Shown here one piece after another: positions 40,025-50,310 of a stretch of DNA of 64,000 nucleotides (its first letter is position 1; every line of letters starts with the position of its first letter). The notes under the pieces were generated by a model, which saw only the letters and a list, made by a program, of their open reading frames with translations, did not search any database and was not told the origin of the DNA. Made by a program: the position numbers and the translations under genes. The stretch lies in assembly GCA_046314355.1 (NCBI GenBank), contig JBKBWQ010000001.1:1376001-1440000 (forward strand). Reading direction: 5' to 3'. This DNA comes from Candidatus Altimarinota bacterium. Lineage in GTDB: Bacteria > Patescibacteriota > Gracilibacteria > 1-14-2-50-48-13.

Positions 40025-40453
40025 ATGACGTTAAACACTTGGATAAATTTTAATGGAAATGCTGAAGAAGCATTTACTTTTTATAAATCCGTATTCGGTG
40101 GGGAGTTTTCAAAAGTGGTGCGTTTTAAAGATATGGCGAATCCTGGGGATGAGCATCCTGTAGATGAAAAAGAGGGTAACAAACTAATGCTTATTGCATT
40201 ACCTATTGGTAATGGTAGTAGTCTTATGGCGAACGATGTTCCTGAAGTTATGGGTCGTGTAAACGAGAATGAAAATAGAAGTAAGATTACGATAAACGCG
40301 GACAGCAAAGAGGAAGCTGAAAAATTATTCAATGGTCTTTCTGCTGGCGGACAAGTTGAGGTTCCAATGTGCGATGGTCCATGGGGGTCTTACTTTGGAA
40401 TGTTCAGAGATCAGTATGGTATTGAATGGGTAATTGAATTTTATTCTAAATAA
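40025..40453 (+). CDS. VOC/PhnB-like protein
   Basis: FNGNAEEAF.FY..VFGG and WG.YFGMFRDQYGIEW. Confidence 0.88.
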   Translation: MTLNTWINFNGNAEEAFTFYKSVFGGEFSKVVRFKDMANPGDEHPVDEKEGNKLMLIALPIGNGSSLMANDVPEVMGRVNENENRSKITINADSKEEAEKLFNGLSAGGQVEVPMCDGPWGSYFGMFRDQYGIEWVIEFYSK

Positions 40454-40564
40454 ATTGATATGGTAAATATGTGAAGAGTAAGTCTTAGCTTTTCACATAT
40501 TGAATCCGCATTTGATTATCTAGAATATTTGAAAAAAGCTGCCTAAATAACTAGGCAGCTTTTT

Positions 40565-41347
40565 TTACATAATATGACCAACACTCTGTGCCATGTCCAT
40601 GCTGGAAAGTGCCATCCAGATTGCCATTGCTATCATCACCAAGTTTTCTGTAAGAGAGATAAATCCCAAAGGAACATTGGTGCCCCCGCCAACACATGCA
40701 CATTTCAGTTCACGCTGATCGATATATGCAGCCTTGAAGACAGAAATAGCTCCGACTGTTCCGATGAATAATGCGATAGATGCTGATAACCAGGTGAAAA
40801 TCCCTGCGATCATAAGTACCCCTGCCAAACCTTCCGCAAAAGGATAGATATAAGAATAGGGGATCCAGCGTTTTGCCAGGAGATCATAGTTGAGGAACAT
40901 GGTAGAAAAACTCTCAATATTCTGGAGTTTCAAAAGTGCTAGGACGCTCATACTGAATGCTGCGAACCACTCGATTGTCTTGATGGTGAATATAGTACCA
41001 AACGCAGCAAAGCTTGCCGCAAGAGCCATCAGTAACGTCATGCTAAAGAGCGCAATGACCGGCTTGTAGCTAGTAGTATCAGGTGTAGGTAGAGCTTTGC
41101 CAAAGTACCGCCGCAAATCATCATATCCTCCGATTCTTTCTTCTCCAATGAACACTTGCGGGGTTGTTTTTACATTATGTGTAGCCTTGAAGGCTTCTAC
41201 TTCTTCACGTGAGGTGAGCAAGTGGTCTTCAATCTGGAAACCTTTACGCTCGAGAAGGTATTTTGCTTTTAATCCATAAGGACATGTATGGTTGTGCATC
41301 TGCATGCGGTAAATAGCTGCTTTTCTTATCGTAGAAGTAGTTTTCAT
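40565..41347 (-). CDS. glutaredoxin-MauE (UPF0139-like) membrane fusion protein
   Basis: CPYG, TTPQVFIG..IGGYDDL, FLNYDLLA, YPFAE and CACVGG; start moved downstream of the MerR-type promoter. Confidence 0.82.
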   Translation of the reverse strand: MKTTSTIRKAAIYRMQMHNHTCPYGLKAKYLLERKGFQIEDHLLTSREEVEAFKATHNVKTTPQVFIGEERIGGYDDLRRYFGKALPTPDTTSYKPVIALFSMTLLMALAASFAAFGTIFTIKTIEWFAAFSMSVLALLKLQNIESFSTMFLNYDLLAKRWIPYSYIYPFAEGLAGVLMIAGIFTWLSASIALFIGTVGAISVFKAAYIDQRELKCACVGGGTNVPLGFISLTENLVMIAMAIWMALSSMDMAQSVGHIM

Positions 41348-41381
41348 ATTTTTGATCTTGTTAGTATCTGAAATCATAGCT

Positions 41382-41413
41382 ATTATAAGTTCCGTACTAT
41401 AGTACGTAGTCAA
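41382..41413 (-). promoter_or_regulatory. MerR-type promoter/operator
   Basis: TTGACT-N20-TATAAT with the dyad CGTACTATAGTACG (41393-41406) in the spacer. Confidence 0.85.
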
Positions 41414-41419
41414 GCACAT

Positions 41420-41797
41420 ATGTTATCAATTGGAAAGTTTGCAGCAGCTGGAGGAGTTGGAGTGGAGACCATTCGTTTTTATCAGGGGAAGGGGTTGCTT
41501 AGAATTCCCGCTCAAAATGGTGGAATCCGGTATTATGGTGAAGAAGATATCAGCAGACTCAAATTTATCCGTAATGCGCAGACTGCAGGATTTACTCTCG
41601 CAGAAATTAAGGAGCTTCTCTCTATGGATGCAAACAAAGACCGCGGCAAGGTCCAGAAACTGGCTAGTGCACGAATAGAGATGCTGAACATACAGATAGC
41701 AGAACTACAGCACGCGCGGGATGCTTTAAAACGCCTTGCAGTGCGGTGTGAAAAAGAAAATTCAGAAGCTTGTCCCATATTGGACTCATTCATATAA
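41420..41797 (+). CDS. MerR-family transcriptional regulator
   Basis: IGKFA.AGGV.VETIRFY, GFTLAEIKELL and C-terminal C......CPI. Confidence 0.92.
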   Translation: MLSIGKFAAAGGVGVETIRFYQGKGLLRIPAQNGGIRYYGEEDISRLKFIRNAQTAGFTLAEIKELLSMDANKDRGKVQKLASARIEMLNIQIAELQHARDALKRLAVRCEKENSEACPILDSFI

Positions 41798-41897
41798 ACG
41801 TTAGTGTTTGCTACTAATTGGCAATGCAAAGAAAAGTACTTCTGTTACATCCAGGTTTTTTTGTTATAATGAAATATAAATTCTTAAGCCTTTTCAC

Positions 41898-42452
41898 ATG
41901 AGAAAAATAATCGCTGCAATGAATATGACTCTAGATGGGTTCTGCGATCATACGGCAGGGATTGTTGATGATGAGACACATCAGCATTATAATGACCTTT
42001 TGAAGAGTGCAGATACCTTGATATATGGACGGACAACCTATCAGCTTATGGAAAGTTATTGGCCGGAGCTTGTGAAAAACCCATCAGGTAACAAACAGGA
42101 AGATGATTTTGCAGTGCTGATTGATGCTATTCATAAGATTGTATATTCCCGCACAATGAAAGAGGTTGATTGGAAAAATTCTATATTGAAACACGAGATA
42201 ATTAGAAAAGAGATTGTAGATATGAAGCAGCAGGAGGGGAAGAATATTTTAGTGGGAAGTCCAAGTATGATCGTAGCTTTTACTAAGCTAGGCTTGATTG
42301 ATGAATATCAGATTAATGTAAATCCTGTTATTTTGGGTAAAGGATTGGTTTTATTTAAAAATATTGAGAAACAAATTGATCTCACTCTTTTGAAAACTAA
42401 GACATTTAAGGGCGGCGGAGTAGTACTCTATTACAAACCAGTGAAAGAATAA
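41898..42452 (+). CDS. dihydrofolate reductase / RibD C-terminal family protein
   Basis: MRKII....TLDGF, GRTTY and LIDEY....PVILGKG. Confidence 0.88.
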   Translation: MRKIIAAMNMTLDGFCDHTAGIVDDETHQHYNDLLKSADTLIYGRTTYQLMESYWPELVKNPSGNKQEDDFAVLIDAIHKIVYSRTMKEVDWKNSILKHEIIRKEIVDMKQQEGKNILVGSPSMIVAFTKLGLIDEYQINVNPVILGKGLVLFKNIEKQIDLTLLKTKTFKGGGVVLYYKPVKE

Positions 42453-42499
42453 TTACTACATAAATTTGTTTCTTAATTTCTAGATTATAACCTTTTATT

Positions 42500-42841
42500 A
42501 TGAAAAAATTTCTCGCAATTTTTTACGGAGGAGCCTCTGACGAGGAGAAATCAAAACCTTTGGATATGAAAGATCAGCAGGCGTTTATGGATGCCTGGGT
42601 ATCCTGGGCTACTACGAATCAAAAAGCTATCATAGATAACGGTGCTCCGCTGGGTAAGACAAAAACTGTGCAGGAAAACAGTATTTCTGACAGTAAAAAT
42701 GATATAATTGCATATGCAATTGTGGAGACAAACTCACATGAGGATGCAGCAGAAATCTTCAAAGCTCATCCTCACCTTACTCTCCATCCAAAAAACCGGA
42801 TAGAAGTGATAGAGATGCTGTCTATGGATATGCCTCAATAG
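42500..42841 (+). CDS. YCII-related protein
   Basis: MKKFL, W..W.......D.GAPLG and HPHL...IEV.E. Confidence 0.7.
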   Translation: MKKFLAIFYGGASDEEKSKPLDMKDQQAFMDAWVSWATTNQKAIIDNGAPLGKTKTVQENSISDSKNDIIAYAIVETNSHEDAAEIFKAHPHLTLHPKNRIEVIEMLSMDMPQ

Positions 42842-42902
42842 CTTGGTATTTTGCGAAAGTAATCTTATTTAATGAATATATATCTTTAACTACTTGAACA
42901 CT

Positions 42903-43334
42903 ATGCAACACTCAATTCAAATCAATGCTTCAAAAGAAAAAGTGTGGGATGTGCTCTGGAGTGATAAGTCTTTTAGAGACTGGGCAAATATCATAGATGA
43001 AGGCACATACATAGACGGCGATCTGCAGGAAGGCAAAGAAGTAAATGTTATGTCTGCATCAGGGTATGGAGTGACAGTAAAAGTAGAAAAGCTTACCCCT
43101 TATCAATTCCTGTTGTTTAAGCAAGTGGCAGATATTAAGGTTGGTAAAGATGGTGCAGTTGAAAAAAGGGAAAAGGAATGGGAGGGGGGTAGTGAGAGTT
43201 ATGAGCTGAAAGAAAAAGAAGGAAAAGTGGAACTGATTATAACTGAAGATGTGCCTGAGAACCTTGTTGAATATTTTGATGAGAAACTTCCTGAAGTGTT
43301 GGAGCGTATAAAGGTGCTTGCAGAAGCCAAGTAG
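42903..43334 (+). CDS. SRPBCC/START-like domain protein
   Basis: SIQINASKEKVWDVLW and terminal L..IK.LAE. Confidence 0.8.
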   Translation: MQHSIQINASKEKVWDVLWSDKSFRDWANIIDEGTYIDGDLQEGKEVNVMSASGYGVTVKVEKLTPYQFLLFKQVADIKVGKDGAVEKREKEWEGGSESYELKEKEGKVELIITEDVPENLVEYFDEKLPEVLERIKVLAEAK

Positions 43335-43399
43335 GTGCTATGAGAAAAAACCCACTAACAATTTCTGTCAGTGGGTTTGTAATAACTATTTTTTTGTTT

Positions 43400-45157
43400 T
43401 TAAACAGGTAAGAATGATCCGGACTGGATACCCCAGAAACGGGTATATCTGCCTTCTGCATTTTCAAGGAGTTCTCTATGTGAACCATCTTCTATGATGT
43501 GTCCTTTCTCAAGTACTATAATACGATCCATGTGGCGAATCGTAGATAGCCGGTGAGCAACAACGATGACGGTTTTCTTGGCCATGAGGTTTTTTAATGC
43601 CTCCTGGATATGAAATTCACTTTCGCTGTCGAGAGCAGAGGTTGCTTCATCCAACACAATAATCGGAGCATCAACTAGTATTGCTCGCGCAATTGCAATT
43701 CTCTGTCGTTCTCCTCCTGATAGTTTGATGCCTCTCTCGCCTACAAATGTCAGGTACCCAAGTTCCTTTTCCATGATGAAATCATGAGCATGGGCAAGCC
43801 TTGCAGCTTCTTCTACCTCAGCTTGTGTAGCATCTGGTTTTCCGTACGCGATGTTTTCAAAAAGACTTCTGTGAAACATCACAGGCTCTTGTGAAACATA
43901 CGCGATATTACTGCATAGGCTCTTTTGAGTCACTTCAGTAATTTTTTGTCCATCAACCTTGACTGCACCATTGCTCACATCTGTGAAGCGCATGAGCAGT
44001 TTTAACAATGTTGATTTGCCTGCACCAGATTCACCTACAAGAGCAACTTTTTCTCCTGCATTTACTGACAGTGAAAAATTATTGAATAAAGCATTTTCCC
44101 CAAACGAAAAATCTACATTATCCAGATGAATATGTCCTTTAGTAACTGTGAGTTGAGTATCAGTAGTATCCTGAATATCGTAAGGCTTATCGAAGATCTC
44201 TACCATTTCTACTGCCTGAGCAGCTTCCGAGAAGAGGTGACGTACCTGCCATCCAAAGTCCCACATCCTTGCTTTTAAAACATTATCTACTCCAAAGAGC
44301 AGGATCATGTCAGCCGGGCTTATGAGATGATGATAACATGCATATCCGTATACTACATACATAGCTGTTCCAAAAAAACTCATAAGGTTTTCCTGAACCA
44401 TTTTGATGTAGGTATCAAACCACCACAACTTTGCCGAACTCTTTTTAAATGTATCTACTACATCTGCGAAGTAAGCAGATTCACGGTCAATCGATGCAAA
44501 TGACTTTATATTGATCACATTGGTGAGTGTATCTGCTAATACACCTGAAACTTTTGTGTTCCAAAGTGTTGCATCAAGATCCAATGGTTTTTTCTTTATC
44601 AGTCCAAACATTGTGATGCCCATAAACAGCACCATGTAGACAGCCATCATAGTACCGAAATACAAATGAATACTGAACATGATCCATAGACTAATAACCA
44701 ATTCTAAGAAAAATGGTGCAAAAAAGAATAAAACTTTGTCTGCAATTGATTCAAATGCAAACACGTACCTATTGACCTTTTTCACCAACGATCCGACGAA
44801 CTCGTTTTGAAAAAAATCCATGGAATGACCATGAAGATTCACGAATACGTCTTGGAACATTTTTTTGATGATATCGAGCTGAAACTCAATATTCACCATG
44901 TCTCGAAACATTCGACACCACACTCCTATCTGGCTGGCTAAAAAAAGCAGAAGCAAGGTAGAAACAATTGCTGATGTCGATACTGCTTTGTCTAGAAATA
45001 AGTTCGTAAGATCTCGTAGGATATACGGGATCCACAACTTTTGCGCTGCGCCGATAACTGTCATGAGTGCCATAAGGGTCACTCTTTTCGGATAACAAGA
45101 AATGTATGCAGAATAGTTCCGCAGTACATGCATAATTGAGAAATTTTTTTGGTTCAT
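43400..45157 (-). CDS. ABC exporter, fused permease and ATPase
   Basis: Six-TM N-terminus, GESGAGKST, LSGGERQR and LDEATSALD; SD aaaggagg before MNQK. Confidence 0.92.
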   Translation of the reverse strand: MNQKNFSIMHVLRNYSAYISCYPKRVTLMALMTVIGAAQKLWIPYILRDLTNLFLDKAVSTSAIVSTLLLLFLASQIGVWCRMFRDMVNIEFQLDIIKKMFQDVFVNLHGHSMDFFQNEFVGSLVKKVNRYVFAFESIADKVLFFFAPFFLELVISLWIMFSIHLYFGTMMAVYMVLFMGITMFGLIKKKPLDLDATLWNTKVSGVLADTLTNVINIKSFASIDRESAYFADVVDTFKKSSAKLWWFDTYIKMVQENLMSFFGTAMYVVYGYACYHHLISPADMILLFGVDNVLKARMWDFGWQVRHLFSEAAQAVEMVEIFDKPYDIQDTTDTQLTVTKGHIHLDNVDFSFGENALFNNFSLSVNAGEKVALVGESGAGKSTLLKLLMRFTDVSNGAVKVDGQKITEVTQKSLCSNIAYVSQEPVMFHRSLFENIAYGKPDATQAEVEEAARLAHAHDFIMEKELGYLTFVGERGIKLSGGERQRIAIARAILVDAPIIVLDEATSALDSESEFHIQEALKNLMAKKTVIVVAHRLSTIRHMDRIIVLEKGHIIEDGSHRELLENAEGRYTRFWGIQSGSFLPV

Positions 45158-45535
45158 AATGAACCCTCCTTTCATTTATATATTCTTACCTGTTTTTCAA
45201 AGATCGATTACTCTCTAGTGAGAGCGAAGCAATTGCCTCTGTCACGAATCTTTTGGGTCATACTAGGGTGTTAAGAATAATACGACTAAGTATTTTTATA
45301 GTATTATTTTGGATATGTCAAATTTTGTTTATGAAAAAGGGTTACCGGGAGTGTAGAAACGTAGGCTTCATTCGTAACAAGAAATTGAGTATATCTGAGA
45401 TATAAATACAGGCATTACCTTTAAAATATATGTATCTCAAAAATGCTTTTTCTTGAAGATAAATCAGTATTAGTGTAGTATAGAAACTATTACTAATGAG
45501 CACTCCACCTTATTCTATTTCAATAAAAACCTCCT

Positions 45536-45907
45536 ATGAATAATGCAACACCAGGAAATCATCGAATATACGGTATGAGTTTTTTTAGCGTGTATGTATT
45601 GTATATACAGAAAGTCGAGAAAAAAGGACGGACTAAGGAGGAAGTAGACCGGGTAGTTACTTGGCTTACTGGATACACTCAAAAGCAGCTGGATGAACAA
45701 TTGGAAAAGAGAACTGATTTTACTAATTTTTTCAAAGATGCTCCAAAGCTGAATCCTGACCGTGCTCTGATCAAGGGGGTGGTCTGTGGAGTGAGGATTG
45801 AAGAGATTACTGAACCATTGATGAGAGAGATTCGCTACATGGATAAATTGATAGATGAGTTGGCAAAGGGGAAAGCTATGGAGAAGATCTTACGTAAACC
45901 GGCATAA
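45536..45907 (+). CDS. DUF2200 family protein
   Basis: [13 protein letters not shown]...[16 protein letters not shown] and [14 protein letters not shown]. Confidence 0.88.
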   Translation: MNNATPGNHRIYGMSFFSVYVLYIQKVEKKGRTKEEVDRVVTWLTGYTQKQLDEQLEKRTDFTNFFKDAPKLNPDRALIKGVVCGVRIEEITEPLMREIRYMDKLIDELAKGKAMEKILRKPA

Positions 45908-45976
45908 CTACCAATAAAGTGACAAGTAGTTATCTTTTTGTTATAGTAAGAGATCAAATTTCTTATTCAATTGATT

Positions 45977-46585
45977 ATGAGAAAAATAATTGCTCTTGAA
46001 TTTATCTCGCTCGACGGCGTGCTGCAGGCGCCAGGTGGTCCCGAGGAAGATACTTCCGGTGGATTTAAATTTGGAGGATGGACGGTACCTTTTTCTGATG
46101 AAGCTTCAAATAAGATCATGACTGAACAAATGAGTGGAGAGTTTGATCTGCTTTTGGGCAAGAAAACCTTTGATATCTGGGAACCGTACTGGCCGAATCA
46201 GGAGGAAGGTAATCCTGTGATGATAAAGTTTAATAAAGTGCAAAAATATGTGGTCACTCATCATGACTTTACGCCGAAATGGGAGGGGACAACTGTGCTC
46301 AGTGGGGATGATGTGGTAGAGCAAATCAAAAATTTGAAGAAGGAAGATGGTCCTGATTTGCAGATCTATGGAAGTGGAAATCTGGTACAGACTTTACTAA
46401 AGAATGATCTGGTAGATGAACTATGGCTGAAGATTTATCCGGTGCTTTTAGGAGCCGGGAAAAAGTTATTTGCCGAGGGGACTATTCCTGCTTCTTTGAA
46501 ATTGATGGATTCTCAAGTTACTCCGCTTGGAGTGATCTTTGCGAATTATAGGAGAAATGGCGAGGTGAAGACAGGGGAGTTTTGA
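45977..46585 (+). CDS. dihydrofolate reductase / RibD C-terminal family protein
   Basis: SLDGVLQAPGGPEED..GGF..GGW, GSGNLVQ and YPVLLGAGKKLF. Confidence 0.88.
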   Translation: MRKIIALEFISLDGVLQAPGGPEEDTSGGFKFGGWTVPFSDEASNKIMTEQMSGEFDLLLGKKTFDIWEPYWPNQEEGNPVMIKFNKVQKYVVTHHDFTPKWEGTTVLSGDDVVEQIKNLKKEDGPDLQIYGSGNLVQTLLKNDLVDELWLKIYPVLLGAGKKLFAEGTIPASLKLMDSQVTPLGVIFANYRRNGEVKTGEF

Positions 46586-46622
46586 TGAGAAAAGATAATC
46601 AATAAATCGTATTGAAAAAAAC

Positions 46623-46666
46623 AGATAGGTCGGATAATATAAATATATAAATTATCCGACCTATCT
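46623..46666. promoter_or_regulatory. 16-bp perfect inverted repeat, likely operator upstream of fic
   Basis: agataggtcggataat-N12-attatccgacctatct ending 5 nt before the ATG; TTGAAA just upstream. Confidence 0.7.
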
Positions 46667-46671
46667 TAAGT

Positions 46672-47619
46672 ATGCTTCTCTCAAAAAAACTACAGGAACT
46701 CCTGGATGAAAAACTAGCAAAGCTCAATGCACTTCGGCCTATCTCTAAGGTCATGCTGATGAAGCTCCGTGAGAAGTTTGAAGTTGATATGACCTATAAT
46801 TCTAATGCTATTGAAGGAAATTCACTGACTTTAAAAGAAACCTTCTGGATTGTTCAGGAAGGACTGACTATCAAAGGAAGACCTATCAAAGACATTCTTG
46901 AGGCTAAGAGTCACAAGGATGCCCTGGATTTTCTGTATGATCTTATTGACCATTCAAAAAGAAATACTTTTTCAGAGCGAACGATCAAAGAACTGCATCA
47001 GTTGATTATGCAGCCTATAGAAGCGGAATATGCTGGCCGTTATCGAAATGTGAATGTGTTCATTTCCGGTTCTCCACATACACCACCCAGAGCTCTCCAA
47101 GTTCCTGGGGAAATGGAGAAATTTATTGATTGGACTGTCTCACAAAAAAAGAAAATGCATATCGTAGAATTTGCTGCGATTGCACATCATAAGTTTGTAA
47201 ACATCCATCCTTTTGCAGATGGAAATGGCCGTACAGGCAGACTACTTATGAATGTTTTTCTCATGCATCATGGGTTTCCGCTGACTATTATTCAGAAAAA
47301 TGATCGCAAGCAGTATTACCGCGTACTACAGGAAGCAGATGAGGGAAACTACCAATCTCTTATAGATTTTGTTGCACAAGCGACCTTAAGATCTCTGAAT
47401 ATTTATCTTGATGTACTCACTCCTGATGGAGAGAAAGAAGACTATATGTTACTTTCGGATGTTGTAGAGCAGACCCCTTATACACTTGAATACCTGAGCA
47501 AATTAGCACGACAGGGGAAACTTGATGCGCATAAGGTGCAGAGAAATTGGGTGACTACGTGTGAGGCTGTGGAGAGGTATGTGAGGAGTACTGAGCGTTC
47601 TTTTCATAAGAAGAAGTAA
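46672..47619 (+). CDS. Fic family AMPylase with N-terminal inhibitory motif and C-terminal HTH-like domain
   Basis: HPFADGNGRTGR catalytic motif, SNAIEGN motif and tail EYLSKLARQGKLDA.K..RNW.T. Confidence 0.92.
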   Translation: MLLSKKLQELLDEKLAKLNALRPISKVMLMKLREKFEVDMTYNSNAIEGNSLTLKETFWIVQEGLTIKGRPIKDILEAKSHKDALDFLYDLIDHSKRNTFSERTIKELHQLIMQPIEAEYAGRYRNVNVFISGSPHTPPRALQVPGEMEKFIDWTVSQKKKMHIVEFAAIAHHKFVNIHPFADGNGRTGRLLMNVFLMHHGFPLTIIQKNDRKQYYRVLQEADEGNYQSLIDFVAQATLRSLNIYLDVLTPDGEKEDYMLLSDVVEQTPYTLEYLSKLARQGKLDAHKVQRNWVTTCEAVERYVRSTERSFHKKK

Positions 47620-47647
47620 TTAAGTTAATATTTAGTATAATTTTCAT

Positions 47648-48430
47648 ATGACTTATAGTGGCAAAAAACTTGTTTTACCCAAAACGGCTTTTCAAAAGCT
47701 ATGGAGAAATGCTACACCTGAAGTTCAATGTACAATTATCAATATATCAAGAATAGTGATGTTGATAAGTTACTTTAGGTTTGCTCAAAGACAACTGACT
47801 ATTTTTAATAAAATAGATCAAAAAGAATTAACAGATACAAAGCTATTTCATAGTAGAGATATCGCCTTACGTATTGAATTTATGTATTCGCATTTCGCAG
47901 AAGTTTGTAATGCTTTTATCGTTAAAGACGGCATGATCAAAAGTGAAGTTGCAAGGTTACAAAGTAAGATTAACAAACAAAAGAAACAAGAAAAAATAGA
48001 TATTGAAGCATTAGTAGAAATAAAATTTAATATAGAAGCAGTTATCAATAACTACGAGAGTAAATATCAAACTTTTGTTAGAGCAACTATTGATATGAGA
48101 GATAAAATAGGATTTCATGTAGATAAAGAAACTATTCGAGGATTTTTTGATGATTTAGATAACTATACTGAAGAAGAGCTAGTAGTTATAATGAGAGATA
48201 GTACTTTTGCAACTCAACTATATCCTATGACATATGATATAGTTGAATTGCATTTAGAAAATTATTTTATGGCTGATATAGAAAAAAGTATTAGATCTAG
48301 AGAATTGTTGCTTAAAAGTTTCGATACAAACCTAACTCAAATGAAAGAAATAGTTGATGATATTGAAAAGGCTATTTGGGAGCTAATAGAATATATTAAT
48401 TTTTTAAGTTCTGAAATGGATAAAGAATAA
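47648..48430 (+). CDS. hypothetical alpha-helical protein, candidate HEPN RNase
   Basis: AT-rich 260-aa ORF containing RDKIGFH (R-x5-H). The HEPN call rests on this motif only. Confidence 0.5.
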   Translation: MTYSGKKLVLPKTAFQKLWRNATPEVQCTIINISRIVMLISYFRFAQRQLTIFNKIDQKELTDTKLFHSRDIALRIEFMYSHFAEVCNAFIVKDGMIKSEVARLQSKINKQKKQEKIDIEALVEIKFNIEAVINNYESKYQTFVRATIDMRDKIGFHVDKETIRGFFDDLDNYTEEELVVIMRDSTFATQLYPMTYDIVELHLENYFMADIEKSIRSRELLLKSFDTNLTQMKEIVDDIEKAIWELIEYINFLSSEMDKE

Positions 48431-48448
48431 ATATGAGCCTTATTCAAT

Positions 48449-50242
48449 TTAAAACCCTCCCACATCCTCCGTCCTATAAACCGCCTGCAACCCTTCTGCC
48501 TCCAAAAACTCACTAAACGGCTTCAATCCCTCCGCCTCATACCTCTTCTTAAACTTCTCAATATCTTCTTTTTTATATACCTTCGGATCAAGAATAAGCT
48601 TCTCCACCGGTATGGGTCTTTCGCCTGATATCTTCGCATCGATAAGTACGGTAAATCCAGCTTTCCGATCCTTCTCCGCCTGATCAAAAATATCCTTCAA
48701 ATCCTCAATCTTTCTCGCTGTATAAGACTTCGCTCCCATCGCCTCTCCGATCTTCGCATAATCAACATCCATAAATTCCACTCCCAGATATCCTGTATTC
48801 GTATCCTCTTGCTCATCCTTGATAAAGCCGAACTGCTTATTGGCAAAGACTACATTTACGATAGGAAGTTTATACTGCACCTGTGTCGCAAGATCCTGCA
48901 TGACCATCTGAAAAGCTCCGTCTCCAGAAAGTGACCAGACTTGCCGGTCAGGGAAGTCGAGTTTTGCTGTGATTGCTCCCGGGATACCGATACCCATGGT
49001 TGCAAAGAGATTTGAAGTTCTCCACATCTGCTTCGGATTCATGTGGAGATGGCGGATGGATGTCTGTGTGACATCACCTACGTCCACTGAAAAAATTGCA
49101 TCTTCTTCCACATGCTTATTAATCTCATTAAATACCTGATAGAGCTGCAGATCTCCTGAGGGTTTTGTTTCAAGCATGTTTACGTACTCACGCCAGTTTT
49201 TGATATTGTTTATATTTGCTCTCCACCATGGAGTATCTTCCTTTTCTTTAACCATATCAATGAGTGCTCTGATCGCATCACCTGCATCCGCCAGGATAGT
49301 TACTCCGTTAGAATGTCTCTTTCCCAGATTTCCTACATTCACATCGATCTGAATGAAATTTTTCACATTCGCAAAAATATTGCTGACTTCACTAAAGGGA
49401 TAATTATTTCCTACAAAAATAACCGTATCTGCGTTTGGAAAAGCTTCATTTGTAGGTTTTGTCGCAACTCGATTTGCAGAACCTAAGAGTCCTTCGTAAT
49501 CATGTGGAAAGCTGTCATAGTTGATGGCAGTGATAGCGATTGGTGCTTTGATTTTCTTAGAAAGTTCTATGACATCCTCTCCACTTTTTCTCGTTCCGAT
49601 TCCTGCATAAATAATAGTTTTTTCGGAACTATTCAAGATCTTTGCTGCAGCTTCCAGGTCAGTAATATTCATCACCGGATTTGGATAGTTTCGATGAGCA
49701 CAGGCACTTGAGTAGAATTCTTTTGCTGGAATATCTTTCCATCCGAGATCCACAGGCAATTGTACTACAGCAACTCCTTTTTTTGAATATGCCTGCCGTA
49801 TAGCTTCATCAATCACATGAGGCAATTGTTCCGCATTCATTACTACGCGATTATAAACCGCCACATCGGCATAAATGGGGTTCTCATTTATTTCCTGAAA
49901 AGCATCCATGTTCATACCCGTCGTTGCAAACTGTCCGATAATAGCCAGAACTGGCATATGATCTTCACGTGCGTCATAGAGACCATTGAGCAGATGCGTT
50001 CCTCCTGGTCCGGCACTACCAAAGCAAACACCTATATGTCCCGTAAATTTTGCATGCATACTTGCTGCCATGGCTCCTACTTCTTCATGCCGTACTTGAA
50101 TATATTTGATTCTATCTTGTTCAGCTAAAAGAGCATCCATCAACGTGTTGATTGATCCTCCGGGAATACCGTAGATATGTTTTACTCCCCATTCTTCGAG
50201 GACTTTTACTGCTGCGATGCCGGATTTGATTTTTTCAGCCAT
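48449..50242 (-). CDS. pox: TPP/FAD pyruvate oxidase (Pox/SpxB-like)
   Basis: YGIPGGSIN, VRHEEVGA, GPGGTHLLNGLYDA, FQE, ATMG and SGDGAF...N TPP motif. Confidence 0.9.
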   Translation of the reverse strand: MAEKIKSGIAAVKVLEEWGVKHIYGIPGGSINTLMDALLAEQDRIKYIQVRHEEVGAMAASMHAKFTGHIGVCFGSAGPGGTHLLNGLYDAREDHMPVLAIIGQFATTGMNMDAFQEINENPIYADVAVYNRVVMNAEQLPHVIDEAIRQAYSKKGVAVVQLPVDLGWKDIPAKEFYSSACAHRNYPNPVMNITDLEAAAKILNSSEKTIIYAGIGTRKSGEDVIELSKKIKAPIAITAINYDSFPHDYEGLLGSANRVATKPTNEAFPNADTVIFVGNNYPFSEVSNIFANVKNFIQIDVNVGNLGKRHSNGVTILADAGDAIRALIDMVKEKEDTPWWRANINNIKNWREYVNMLETKPSGDLQLYQVFNEINKHVEEDAIFSVDVGDVTQTSIRHLHMNPKQMWRTSNLFATMGIGIPGAITAKLDFPDRQVWSLSGDGAFQMVMQDLATQVQYKLPIVNVVFANKQFGFIKDEQEDTNTGYLGVEFMDVDYAKIGEAMGAKSYTARKIEDLKDIFDQAEKDRKAGFTVLIDAKISGERPIPVEKLILDPKVYKKEDIEKFKKRYEAEGLKPFSEFLEAEGLQAVYRTEDVGGF

Positions 50243-50310
50243 GGACTTTGTGTTTTTATATATGTGTATTCATACTATTTTACGCTATATAGGCTCAATT
50301 TACAATTTTT

